From NCBI GenBank assembly GCA_963663765.2, contig CAXXUA010000003.1, positions 288,001 to 352,000 on the forward strand: a DNA stretch of 64,000 nucleotides. The letters run 5' to 3'. How positions within the stretch are numbered: position 1 is the stretch's first letter; each line of letters opens with the position of its first letter. This DNA is from Candidatus Poribacteria bacterium (GTDB lineage Bacteria; Poribacteria; WGA-4E; WGA-3G). Position numbers and translations under genes: made by a program. Shown here in pieces: positions 20,071 to 28,767 of this stretch. The notes under the pieces are model-generated. The model was not told where the DNA came from. It saw only the letters and a program-made list of their open reading frames with translations, and made no database searches.

Positions 20071-21235
20071 AAATTACGGCACAACTATACAACTCCTCTT
20101 ATTTAGTTTTTGACTCAAAGCCAAATTCGTTATTACGCCTGTATAGGTAAGGATTTAGTCGAATTCTAAAAACCGGGAGGGTACTAAAGTTATTAGAAAT
20201 TACGGCACAACTATACAACTCCTCTTTTTAGTTTTTGTCTCAAATCCAAATTCGTTATTACGCCTGTATAGGTAAGGATTTAGTCGGATTCTAAAAACCG
20301 GGAGGGTACTAAAGTTATTAGAAATTACGGCACAACTATACAACTCCTCTTTTTTAGTTTTTACCTCAAAGCCAAATTCGTTATCACGCTTGTATAGGTA
20401 AGGATTTAGTCGGATTCTAAAAACCGGGAGGGTACTAAAGTTATTAGAAATTACGGCACAACTATACAACTCCTCTTTTTTAGTTTTTACCTCAAAGCCA
20501 AATTCGTTATCACGCCTGTATAGGTAAGGATTTAGTCGGATTCTAAAAACTGGGAGGGTACTAAAATGTTTTGAAAATACGGTATAACTCTACAACTCTC
20601 CTTTTTTAGTATTTGCCTCAAATCCAAATTCGTTATCACGCCTGTATAGGTAAGGATTTAGTCGGATTCTAAAAACTGGGAGGGTACTAAAGTTATTAGA
20701 AATTACGGCACAACTCTACAACTCCTCTTTTTTAGTTTTTACCTCAAATCCAAATTCGTTATCACGCCTGTATAGGTAAGGATTTAAACGGATTCTAAAA
20801 ACCGGGAGGGTACTAAAGTTATTAGAAATTACGGCACAACTCTACAACTCCTCTTTTTAGTTTTTGTCTCAAATCCAAATTCGTTATCACGCCTGTATAG
20901 GTAAGGATTTAGTCGGTTTTTTAAAAACTGGGAGGGTACAAAAATTATTAGAAATTACGACACAACTCTACAACTCCTCTTTTTTAGTTTTTGTCTCAAA
21001 TCCAAATTCGTTATCACGCCTGTATAGGTAAGGATTTAGTCGGATTCTAAAAACTGGGAGGGTACTAAAGTTATTAGAAATTACGACACAACTCTACAAC
21101 TCCTCTTTTTTAGTTTTTGTCTCAAATCCAAATTCGTTATCACGCCTGTATAGGTAAGGATTTAGTCGGATTCTAAAAACTGGGAGGGTACTAAAGTTAT
21201 TAGAAATTACGGCACAACTCTACAACTCCTCTTTT
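20071..21235. repeat. Tandem array of 126-bp units (9 full plus one ~32-bp partial)
   Basis: Unit starts (AAATTACGGCACAAC) at 20071, 20197, 20322, 20448, 20574, 20700, 20826, 20952, 21078 and 21204. Units are near-identical with no variable spacers. Confidence 0.97.
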
Positions 21236-21344
21236 CTCACAATATTACACGTTCTGGTGTCTCCCCCTCATCTATAGGATTGTAATAGTCCGACAGGGTG
21301 GTATCCTTGACCTATCAAGCTGACGACCTGCCTTTATCATTTTT

Positions 21345-21706
21345 GCCCAAAAGGGTATCAAGTAAAGTTGTTCCGGATAGCCTCCTCTATAGGGCGCACG
21401 GAATATATTGTGACAAACGATTTATCTCAATCGGATGCGGATGCGACACACTAAGAATGTCGTATGCGTTGAAAGATTGAAAAACTTCATCGTGAGATCA
21501 AACAAGTCACGGGTATTGGCAAATGTCAATGTCGCAAGTTACGTGTCCAAAGAAATCATATTGCCTGTTGTTTTCAAATATGGGTCTGTTTGAAACGTGT
21601 TGCGCGTAAACTTGGCAAAACAATTTATGAACTTAAACAAAGTTTATTGGATGATTATATGCGATATCAACTCTCAAATCCAACGTTAATCTTTGAGACT
21701 GCGTAA
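21345..21706 (+). pseudogene. IS701-family transposase C-terminal remnant with in-frame stops
   Basis: Manual translation: KGYQVKLFRIASSIGRTEYIVTNDLSQSDADATH*ECRMR*KIEKLHREIKQVTGIGKCQCRKLRVQRNHIACC...TIYELKQSLLDDYMRYQLSNPTLIFETA*. The Trp of the RWKIE motif has become TGA. Confidence 0.85.
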
Positions 21707-21792
21707 GTCCTATATAATAGACATTAATATAAGGAATACGATTATGTATAGAAGTTATTTCCGTATAGTTGGAATAATACGCGATTCTGTCC

Positions 21793-21839
21793 ACTGTGCA
21801 AAGGAAAAACTTGCACAGTATGTATAAATTTGCTATACT
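21793..21839 (+). promoter_or_regulatory. sigma70-type promoter of sodA with an overlapping 9-9-9 inverted repeat
   Basis: TTGCAC (21811-16), 17-bp spacer, TG-n-TATACT (21834-39). ACTGTGCAA-N9-TTGCACAGT spans 21793-21819. Confidence 0.65.
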
Positions 21840-21879
21840 TGTCTTATTCAAAAAAACAGTGAAGGAGGCTATTTTTTAA

Positions 21880-22488
21880 ATGGCACACACATTACCTAGA
21901 CTTCCTTATGCACACGATGCATTGGCACCTCATATTGATGCACAGACGATGGAAATCCATCATGGAAAACATCATCAAGGGTATGTCAACAATCTGAATG
22001 CTGCATTGGAAGGTCATGACGATCTTGCGAAATTAGATGTAGAAGAACTACTTAGAAACATTGATCAAGTTCCAGATGATATTAAACAAGCAGTTATTAA
22101 CAACGGTGGCGGACATGCAAATCATTCCCTTTTCTGGTCAATTATGGCACCGAATGGTGGTGATCCGAGTAGTGGTGAAATCGGTGAAGCGATAAAATCT
22201 GCATTTGGTTCACTTGAGGCTGCGAATGAAGAATTCACGACTGCTGCGACGAAACGTTTTGGTTCTGGTTGGGCATGGCTTGTTATCGGTGATGACGGTT
22301 TGGAAATCTATTCTACTGCGAATCAGGACAGTCCACTCATGCAGGGACATACACCTATTCTTGGTATTGATGTATGGGAACATGCATACTATCTGAACTA
22401 TCAGAACAGACGTCCAGATTATGTTGCGGCGTGGAAGAATGTTGTGAACTGGCGGCGCGTCAACGAAATATATGTAGCAAACGCTTAA
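21880..22488 (+). CDS. sodA: Superoxide dismutase, Mn-type
   Basis: [19 protein letters not shown] (Mn-type GGG), [21 protein letters not shown]. Confidence 0.96.
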   Translation: MAHTLPRLPYAHDALAPHIDAQTMEIHHGKHHQGYVNNLNAALEGHDDLAKLDVEELLRNIDQVPDDIKQAVINNGGGHANHSLFWSIMAPNGGDPSSGEIGEAIKSAFGSLEAANEEFTTAATKRFGSGWAWLVIGDDGLEIYSTANQDSPLMQGHTPILGIDVWEHAYYLNYQNRRPDYVAAWKNVVNWRRVNEIYVANA

Positions 22489-22505
22489 TACTGAATATGG
22501 TTTTT

Positions 22506-22534
22506 ATGGGGTAGCCTTTGGTCTACCCCATTTT
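22506..22534 (+). terminator. Rho-independent terminator after sodA
   Basis: ATGGGGTAG-N8-CTACCCCAT followed by a T-run. Confidence 0.8.
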
Positions 22535-22554
22535 CTTATATTTCAGATGACTAT

Positions 22555-22845
22555 TTTCGGAATCGCGGATTACACGGATTTCTCGGATAAGACATTTACA
22601 TTAGGTTTTTTCTTATGATAAGTCATCCGTATGCGCAGCAAATAGAGTTTGATGTTTTATCCATGTGCTCTAATACCATTTCTAACAAATAATGTCATTT
22701 CGGAATCGCGGATTACACGGATTTCGCGGATAAGACCATTTGCATCAGATTTTTTTGCTTATGATAAGTCATTCGCACGCGCAGCAAATAGAGTTTGATG
22801 TTTTATATCTTCTTCTTAATACCAATTCTAACAAATAATGTCATT
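22555..22845. repeat. Diverged tandem duplication of a ~143-bp non-coding unit
   Basis: TTTCGGAATCGCGGATTACACGGATTTC starts at 22555 and 22698. Both units end ATACCA(T/A)TTCTAACAAATAATGTCATT. Confidence 0.85.
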
Positions 22846-23038
22846 AAGGAATTCTATTGTTATTGTTGGTAGGAGGATCTTTCATCGGTAGGAGTGACCT
22901 CCTTGTCGCGACAGGGAGGTCGCTTCTACCGGATGTAGACGAAAGAATTAGCACTGCTATCAAGTTAAAAATTGAAGAAATGTCTGTTTATATTCAAAAT
23001 TCACCATAAATAAAATATATAATTTGTTGGAGGTAAAA

Positions 23039-23707
23039 ATGAATTTTCTTCGTAGTATAATATCTTGGATTGATTCATTTGAGGCTGGTTCTCAATTTCG
23101 GAAATGGGCAACAATTTTACTAAAGATTGTTGGTGTCCTTGTTTTTATTGCTTCGATTGTTTGGGGTATATCAATTTTGGCAGGATCAATTGCTATTGGA
23201 TCCGATTGGGGACGCGGACCTCAGGTAATTCCTATTATTGGTGCAGTTTTGGGAATCTGTATCAATATTATTGTCGGAATAGTTCTGATGATGTTGTTTT
23301 GGAACAGAGCTAAAAAAGTCAAAGATCTTGGTGAGGAATCACATTTCACTTTAATACCGATTGCTGTCATCCTTGTGCGTATGGTTGGAGAAGTTGGATT
23401 CCTTACATTCGCAGTTGCCGGTATTCAAGTATTTATTTTTTCAATCTTTGGATCGGGAATTTCAAGGATTCTTGCATCTATTACATATGATCTTGGAATA
23501 GTTGGTGACTACCGTTTTATTGCGGGTGTCATTTCTCTTGTTATTTCTGTTCTTGGAGGTGCGATAGTATTGATATTTTATTATTTTTTAGCGGAGTTAA
23601 TCAACCTATTTGTGGATATGGCTACGAACCTTAAGAAGATTGAAGCGAGTGTGTCAACTGAGGAAGTAGTTTCAGAAACTGTTGAGGAAGCAGATTCGGA
23701 TGCATAA
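23039..23707 (+). CDS. Hypothetical membrane protein (about 4 TM)
   Basis: Four long hydrophobic stretches and an acidic tail. GGAGGT precedes MNFLR. Confidence 0.75.
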   Translation: MNFLRSIISWIDSFEAGSQFRKWATILLKIVGVLVFIASIVWGISILAGSIAIGSDWGRGPQVIPIIGAVLGICINIIVGIVLMMLFWNRAKKVKDLGEESHFTLIPIAVILVRMVGEVGFLTFAVAGIQVFIFSIFGSGISRILASITYDLGIVGDYRFIAGVISLVISVLGGAIVLIFYYFLAELINLFVDMATNLKKIEASVSTEEVVSETVEEADSDA

Positions 23708-23719
23708 TATGATAATAAT

Positions 23720-23898
23720 GGGTGTGAAAATATTTTGGTATTTGTCTGAACCAGGATTCTCAAGATTTGTAGATTTCCAGGATTTCTCCATCAGGTTTTT
23801 GTGCTTAGAGTAAGTGTCTCTTGGGAATAGCACGTCACTGCCTAAGCCTCTTATCCTGATAATTCTTGTTCAGACATAAGCAAAAACTTTACACACCC
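23720..23898. mobile_element. MITE with ISKra4-type ends
   Basis: Left end GGGTGTGAAAATATTTTGGTAT. Right end CAAAAACTTTACACACCC is identical over 18 bp to the IS TIR at 17700-17717. Internal GTCTGAAC...GTTCAGAC hairpin. Confidence 0.8.
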
Positions 23899-23922
23899 AT
23901 ACCCATATTTTTAGAGGAAAAT

Positions 23923-24690
23923 ATGAAAACGATTACGGATAAATTAGAAAAGAATAAGATGTTGAAACTCATAGAATATATATCAGTTTTTTGTTTGATA
24001 ATGGTTTTGAGTATGGGTTGTGGACAACCTAACTTGGATGACCCGAAAGTTCGAGAAAAGGTGCTTGCTGAAGCAATAGAATATGACAAGTTGCAGACTC
24101 GAAAATCACCGTCGGGTGAAGAATTGCGTTTTGCACCAAATCAGGAGAAACCTTATACTGGTTGGGTAAAGAGCGATTCGTTGGATGTAATGGATGATAT
24201 AAGTGACGAGTTTGACGACATTGACACTGCAATAACATACGATTACGAAGGAGATATGGAACTTGTTCAATATCAACATGGTAAAGTTCATGGTCTCTAT
24301 ATGAGTTGGAGAGAAAGTAGCCAGCAGAATTGTATAAGAGGCACTGTCGTGAAAGGTGTGCCAGATGGTTTGTGGACTGGATGGTATGAAAACGGACAAA
24401 AGGGGTTTGAGGGCACATGTGGAAACGGTTTGCTCAACGGGAAATGGACTGTATGGTATGAGAACAGTCAAAAATCAGTTAAAGGAACTTTCCTGAATGG
24501 CAAGATGAACGGTTTTTGGACCGGATGGCATGAGAATGGTCAAAAAGCAGGTGAAGGAACTTTCCTGAACGGCAAGGAAAATGGTTTGGTAATTGAGTGG
24601 GATGAAAACGGACAAGAGGTATCACGCGAAACCTATAAGGATGGTATAGGAGAAAACGTTGACACATTGACACCATTAAAGGAGGAGTAA
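23923..24690 (+). CDS. MORN-variant repeat (YwqK-like) lipoprotein
   Basis: Lipobox-like SMGC, PYTGW, and repeated G.W..WYENGQK..EG.F.NGK. Confidence 0.8.
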   Translation: MKTITDKLEKNKMLKLIEYISVFCLIMVLSMGCGQPNLDDPKVREKVLAEAIEYDKLQTRKSPSGEELRFAPNQEKPYTGWVKSDSLDVMDDISDEFDDIDTAITYDYEGDMELVQYQHGKVHGLYMSWRESSQQNCIRGTVVKGVPDGLWTGWYENGQKGFEGTCGNGLLNGKWTVWYENSQKSVKGTFLNGKMNGFWTGWHENGQKAGEGTFLNGKENGLVIEWDENGQEVSRETYKDGIGENVDTLTPLKEE

Positions 24691-24693
24691 ATA

Positions 24694-26706
24694 ATGGCAG
24701 AACAACACCATCACGAACTTGCTCATGTATTTGCTGATCCAACGCAAACTGTAAACGATGCACGGGGTGCTGCATCCCGCGATGTGAATACACCGTATAT
24801 TTTTCCAAAGTATACAAAGGAGGAATGGACAGAGAAAGCGGAAACATTACGCGTGCAGATTCGCGTTGCAAATGGGTTAGTACCAGAGCATGAACCGACA
24901 CCGCTCAACGCGCATGTCTTTGGAAAGATAGAACGCGATGGTTACACTGTAGAAAAGGTGTATTTTGAAGCGTTCCCAGGTTTTTACACAACAGGAAATC
25001 TATATCGTCCTAAAGGGAAAACTGGTCCGTTTCCGGGTATTGTAACGCCACATGGACATTGGGGACGTGGACGTTTGGAAGATATTGAACGCGGTTCCAT
25101 TCCTGCGCGTTGTATTAATTTTGCGAAACAGGGTTACGTTGTATTCTCTTATGACATGATTGGGGTTAACGACAGTAGCAAGCAGCTTGAACATCATTAT
25201 GGTCGAGAACGTGAGGGATTGTGGGGATTAGGTGGTATGTCACTCCAACTTCAGAACGGGATTCGCTCTATTGATTTCTTGCAAAGTCTACCGGATGTTG
25301 ATGATGAACGTATTGGTTGTACCGGTGCGTCTGGTGGTGGTACGCAAACCTTTATCCTCACAGCAGTTGATGAGCGGGTCAAGGTTTCTGCGCCTGTGAA
25401 TATGATTTCAGCGACGATGCAGGGAGGTTGCCGTTGTGAGAACGCACCGAATTTGCGGTTAGATGCGAGCAATCTTGAAATTGGGGCGTTGGCGGCACCA
25501 CGTCCGATGTTACTTGTCTCTTGTACAGGTGATTGGACAAAAGATACACAGACAGTTGAATATCCTGCTATCAAGAGTATTTATGCCCACTTTGATGCGG
25601 AAGACAAAATTCATCAGGTTCAAGTGGACGCAGATCACAACTACAATAAAGAGAGTCGTGAGGCTGTGTATGCGTGGTTTGCGAAATGGTTGTTGGGTGC
25701 TGAGGACATGTCTGCGTTCAAAGAGGTACCGTATCAGGTTGAGTCGGACGATAAGCTGCTAGTGTTTTCTGATCAAGATTTGCCTAAGAACACACTGAAA
25801 CAGGAAGAGATTCTACCTGCTTGGATGAAACTTTCACAGCAAGCGATAGAGAAGCGCAAACCGACCAATGAAGTTGAACATCAAAAGTTTAAGGAAGAGA
25901 TGGGTGTTGCTTTACAAAGTTCACTTGGGTTGCATTTACCGGAGAGTGATGAGGTGACGCTTGTTGAGCCGGAAGGTGCATTTCCAACGACATATCATAG
26001 AGACTTTTCGGCACAGCATGTTGTGCTTGGAAGGAAAGGCGTTGGGGATGCAATTCCTGCCATTTTGTTTCGTACGGAACCTTTAGTGGGACATGATCCG
26101 GTAGTTGTCATTGTGCATCCTGAAGGGAAGGCGAAATTGATTGATGCTGAGACAGGACAGCCTGTTTCTATGATAACCGATCTGTTGAGTTCTGATCGTA
26201 AGGTTTTGGCTATAGATGTTTTTGGAGTAGGGGAGCACGGTGAATATGAGAGATCAGAGGAAACGAACTTTTTTACAACCTACAACCGCACTACTGCTGC
26301 ATTACGGATACAGGATATTTTGACGACGTTGCTTTATTATACGACCAGAGGCGATGTTTCGGAGGTGAGTCTTATTGGTATCGGGGAGGCAGGAATGTGG
26401 GTATTGCTGGCTGCAGGTTTTACGAACATCAAAACCGTAGCCGTGGATGCAGCACAGTTTGATAGCGACAGTGATGATGCGTTTTTGAAAACGTTGCCTA
26501 TTCCAAGTTTGCGAAAGGTCGGTGATTTTCGTACTGCTGGTACACTTACTGCTCCGCGCAATCTTATCCTACACAACACGGGTGATGCGTTTGATACCGC
26601 ATGGATAGAAGAAGTCTATAAGAATCTTGGTATGGTGGATAACCTACTATTGAGAAAAGAGATGATGGTAGAGGTAGAGGTCGCTGGTAGGGTTGCTGAG
26701 TTATAG
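24694..26706 (+). CDS. Alpha/beta-hydrolase, acetylxylan esterase-like (two domains)
   Basis: YTVEKVYFE, TGNLYRP, PHGHW, IGCTGASGGG nucleophile elbow, GGC.CE, APRP. Confidence 0.85.
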   Translation: MAEQHHHELAHVFADPTQTVNDARGAASRDVNTPYIFPKYTKEEWTEKAETLRVQIRVANGLVPEHEPTPLNAHVFGKIERDGYTVEKVYFEAFPGFYTTGNLYRPKGKTGPFPGIVTPHGHWGRGRLEDIERGSIPARCINFAKQGYVVFSYDMIGVNDSSKQLEHHYGREREGLWGLGGMSLQLQNGIRSIDFLQSLPDVDDERIGCTGASGGGTQTFILTAVDERVKVSAPVNMISATMQGGCRCENAPNLRLDASNLEIGALAAPRPMLLVSCTGDWTKDTQTVEYPAIKSIYAHFDAEDKIHQVQVDADHNYNKESREAVYAWFAKWLLGAEDMSAFKEVPYQVESDDKLLVFSDQDLPKNTLKQEEILPAWMKLSQQAIEKRKPTNEVEHQKFKEEMGVALQSSLGLHLPESDEVTLVEPEGAFPTTYHRDFSAQHVVLGRKGVGDAIPAILFRTEPLVGHDPVVVIVHPEGKAKLIDAETGQPVSMITDLLSSDRKVLAIDVFGVGEHGEYERSEETNFFTTYNRTTAALRIQDILTTLLYYTTRGDVSEVSLIGIGEAGMWVLLAAGFTNIKTVAVDAAQFDSDSDDAFLKTLPIPSLRKVGDFRTAGTLTAPRNLILHNTGDAFDTAWIEEVYKNLGMVDNLLLRKEMMVEVEVAGRVAEL

Positions 26707-26789
26707 TATCCTAACCTAAGTTGTTACCTAAAAGATTTCAATTTCAAAATCGGGTTAGAAACCTCTCCTACAAGATGGTTTCAAAGTAA

Positions 26790-26821
26790 AGATGTGGGTG
26801 GACCTCTGTCTACCCACATCT
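26790..26821. terminator. Hairpin between convergent genes
   Basis: AGATGTGGGTGGAC-N4-GTCTACCCACATCT flanked by A/T runs. Confidence 0.7.
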
Positions 26822-26861
26822 GTTTATCTTTAGGCGCGGTTAGTAACCGCCCACAATCTAC

Positions 26862-28412
26862 TTATAGATTATATCCACGTTCGTTGTGTTGTGACAGGTC
26901 AAGTCCCATGCGTTCATCATCCTCTTCAACACGTAAGCCGACAATGGCATCAACGATTTTCAGGATAATAAACGAAAGTACACCACTCCAAGCAATTGTG
27001 ATGACGATGCTTAGGAACTGCTTCCAGACCTGCATTCCTATTGTAACACCTTCAGCTAACCCCGCACCGCCCAATACTGTAGCGGAAAAGACACCGGTCA
27101 ATAGTGCACCGACAATCCCACCGATTCCGTGAACACCAAATGCATCAAGCGAGTCGTCATAACCGAGTTTGGATTTCAGACTGGTAGCACCCCAGAAACA
27201 GAAGATACCAGCAGCGACCCCGATAACGAGTGCTCCCATCGGTCGAACTGTACCAGAGGCAGGTGTGATTGCGACTAATCCCCCAACAGCACCTGTAACA
27301 ATTCCAAGGACACTGGGTTTTTCATGTTTGATCCATTCAATAAACATCCATGTGATTGCTGCGGTAGCGGTTGAAATTTGTGTGACCAGCATTGCCATGC
27401 CTGCTGTACCGTTTGCAGCGACAGCACTACCTGCATTGAAACCGAACCATCCGACCCAGAGCATTGAGGCACCGACGACGGTGAGCGTCAAACTGTGGGG
27501 TGGCATTGCTGTAGTCTGGTAACCGAGTCGTTTTCCGACTAAAACTGCGGCAACCAATGCGGCAATACCTGCGTTTATATGTACGACATTTCCGCCTGCA
27601 AAGTCAAGTGCTCCGATTATATCACCAAACAGAGAACCGGGACCTGACCATGCCATGTGGCAGAGTGGTGCATAAACGATGAGTGACCAGAGAGCAGAGA
27701 ATAGTAACATTGCGGAGAACTTCATCCGTTCTGCGAATGCCCCTGCTATGAGTGCGGGGGTAATAATTGCAAATGTTAGTTGGAAGACGACAAATACTGT
27801 TTCGGGAATATTTTCTGTCATGGCACCTACGTCAACTTTATTCAGGAAAATATTTCCAAGACCCCCGACAAATGAGTTGAATGTTATTTTTCCTGCCTCC
27901 ATACCAGCGGTATTGAATGCAAGACTATAACCAATGACAACCCATAGTACCGTGATTATACCTGTTAAAGCGAAACACTGCATGAGAACAGAGAGTACGT
28001 TTTGTACGCGTACAAGTCCGCCATAGAAAAGGGCAAGTCCGGGGATTGTCATGAAGAGGACGAGTGCAGTTGCGGTAAGCATCCAAGCAGTATCACCTGA
28101 ATCTAATTTTGGTGTTGTTGTTATAGCCTCATCAGAATCGGAATCATCTTCTTCCGATTCTGACGCATCCTCATCTGTTTCCTCAGCTTCTGGTGTTTCT
28201 TCAGCGGATTCCTCATCCTGTTCTACGGGAGTTTCATCTTGTTCAGTAGGTGTTTCAGCTTCCGCGTCGGTAGTCTCATGCTGGTCAGCAAACACATATT
28301 GTGCCACAAATAAACTTGGCACACCAGATATAAATAGAATTATTAAGAACGTTCCAATTAGTAAGAAATTAGAATGCTTCTTTGTAAATTGCGATGCACT
28401 TCTTTGTTGCAT
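26862..28412 (-). CDS. amtB: Ammonium transporter with a long acidic N-terminal extension
   Basis: GDTAW, MTIPGLALFYGG, FAIITPAL..GA.AER, DFAGG.VVH, GWFGFNAGS, YDDSLDAFGVHG, GLDLSQHNE. Confidence 0.95.
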   Translation of the reverse strand: MQQRSASQFTKKHSNFLLIGTFLIILFISGVPSLFVAQYVFADQHETTDAEAETPTEQDETPVEQDEESAEETPEAEETDEDASESEEDDSDSDEAITTTPKLDSGDTAWMLTATALVLFMTIPGLALFYGGLVRVQNVLSVLMQCFALTGIITVLWVVIGYSLAFNTAGMEAGKITFNSFVGGLGNIFLNKVDVGAMTENIPETVFVVFQLTFAIITPALIAGAFAERMKFSAMLLFSALWSLIVYAPLCHMAWSGPGSLFGDIIGALDFAGGNVVHINAGIAALVAAVLVGKRLGYQTTAMPPHSLTLTVVGASMLWVGWFGFNAGSAVAANGTAGMAMLVTQISTATAAITWMFIEWIKHEKPSVLGIVTGAVGGLVAITPASGTVRPMGALVIGVAAGIFCFWGATSLKSKLGYDDSLDAFGVHGIGGIVGALLTGVFSATVLGGAGLAEGVTIGMQVWKQFLSIVITIAWSGVLSFIILKIVDAIVGLRVEEDDERMGLDLSQHNERGYNL

Positions 28413-28767
28413 CTTTTTCCTCCTTAGTTTTTACAAGCGATTTTGCTTGTGCAGTTGGTTTTAACGCAGTAGACTCATTAGTCTACATTCCAAATCTAAT
28501 CTGTAACTACATTATATTATCTGGACGAACACTACAAAAAAGGGAGATTATTACGACAAGTATTAATTTGGCATTTTATCAGATTATAACAAAGGTTTCA
28601 AGTGATTACTTTAAAAGTGAAAAGAGGATCTCAATAAACAGCAAAATAGGTACGTCCATTAGCCAAGAAGTTATACACAGGGATATTAGTGAAACTTCCT
28701 ATGGACGACCTATTTTGCGATGTATATAACCTACGAATTTGTATTCGGCGGTTATGCGAAAATGTAT

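Larger units (their letters stand above)
19939..21712 (+). mobile_element. Degenerate IS701-family shell (TIR CAGGACTTACGCA / TGCGTAAGTCCTA) carrying a tandem array
   Basis: TIRs at 19939-19951 and 21700-21712. The transposase 3' remnant ends inside the right TIR. Confidence 0.75.

Noticed and set aside
20200-20469. 89-aa ORF / 42-aa repeat protein encoded by the array
   Set aside because: This frame has TAG in units 5-10 and is broken by the 125-bp unit. The other five frames of the consensus unit contain stops.
20071-21235. CRISPR array or TIGR-like guide array
   Set aside because: Whole 126-bp units are near-identical with no unique spacers, and no cas or Nop-domain gene is present in the window.
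21298-21480. 60-aa ORF
   Set aside because: An alternative frame over the IS701 remnant. The transposase homology is in another frame.
28394-28729. 111-aa + strand ORF between the amt genes
   Set aside because: No family motif, antisense to the operon, and it spans an intergenic hairpin region.
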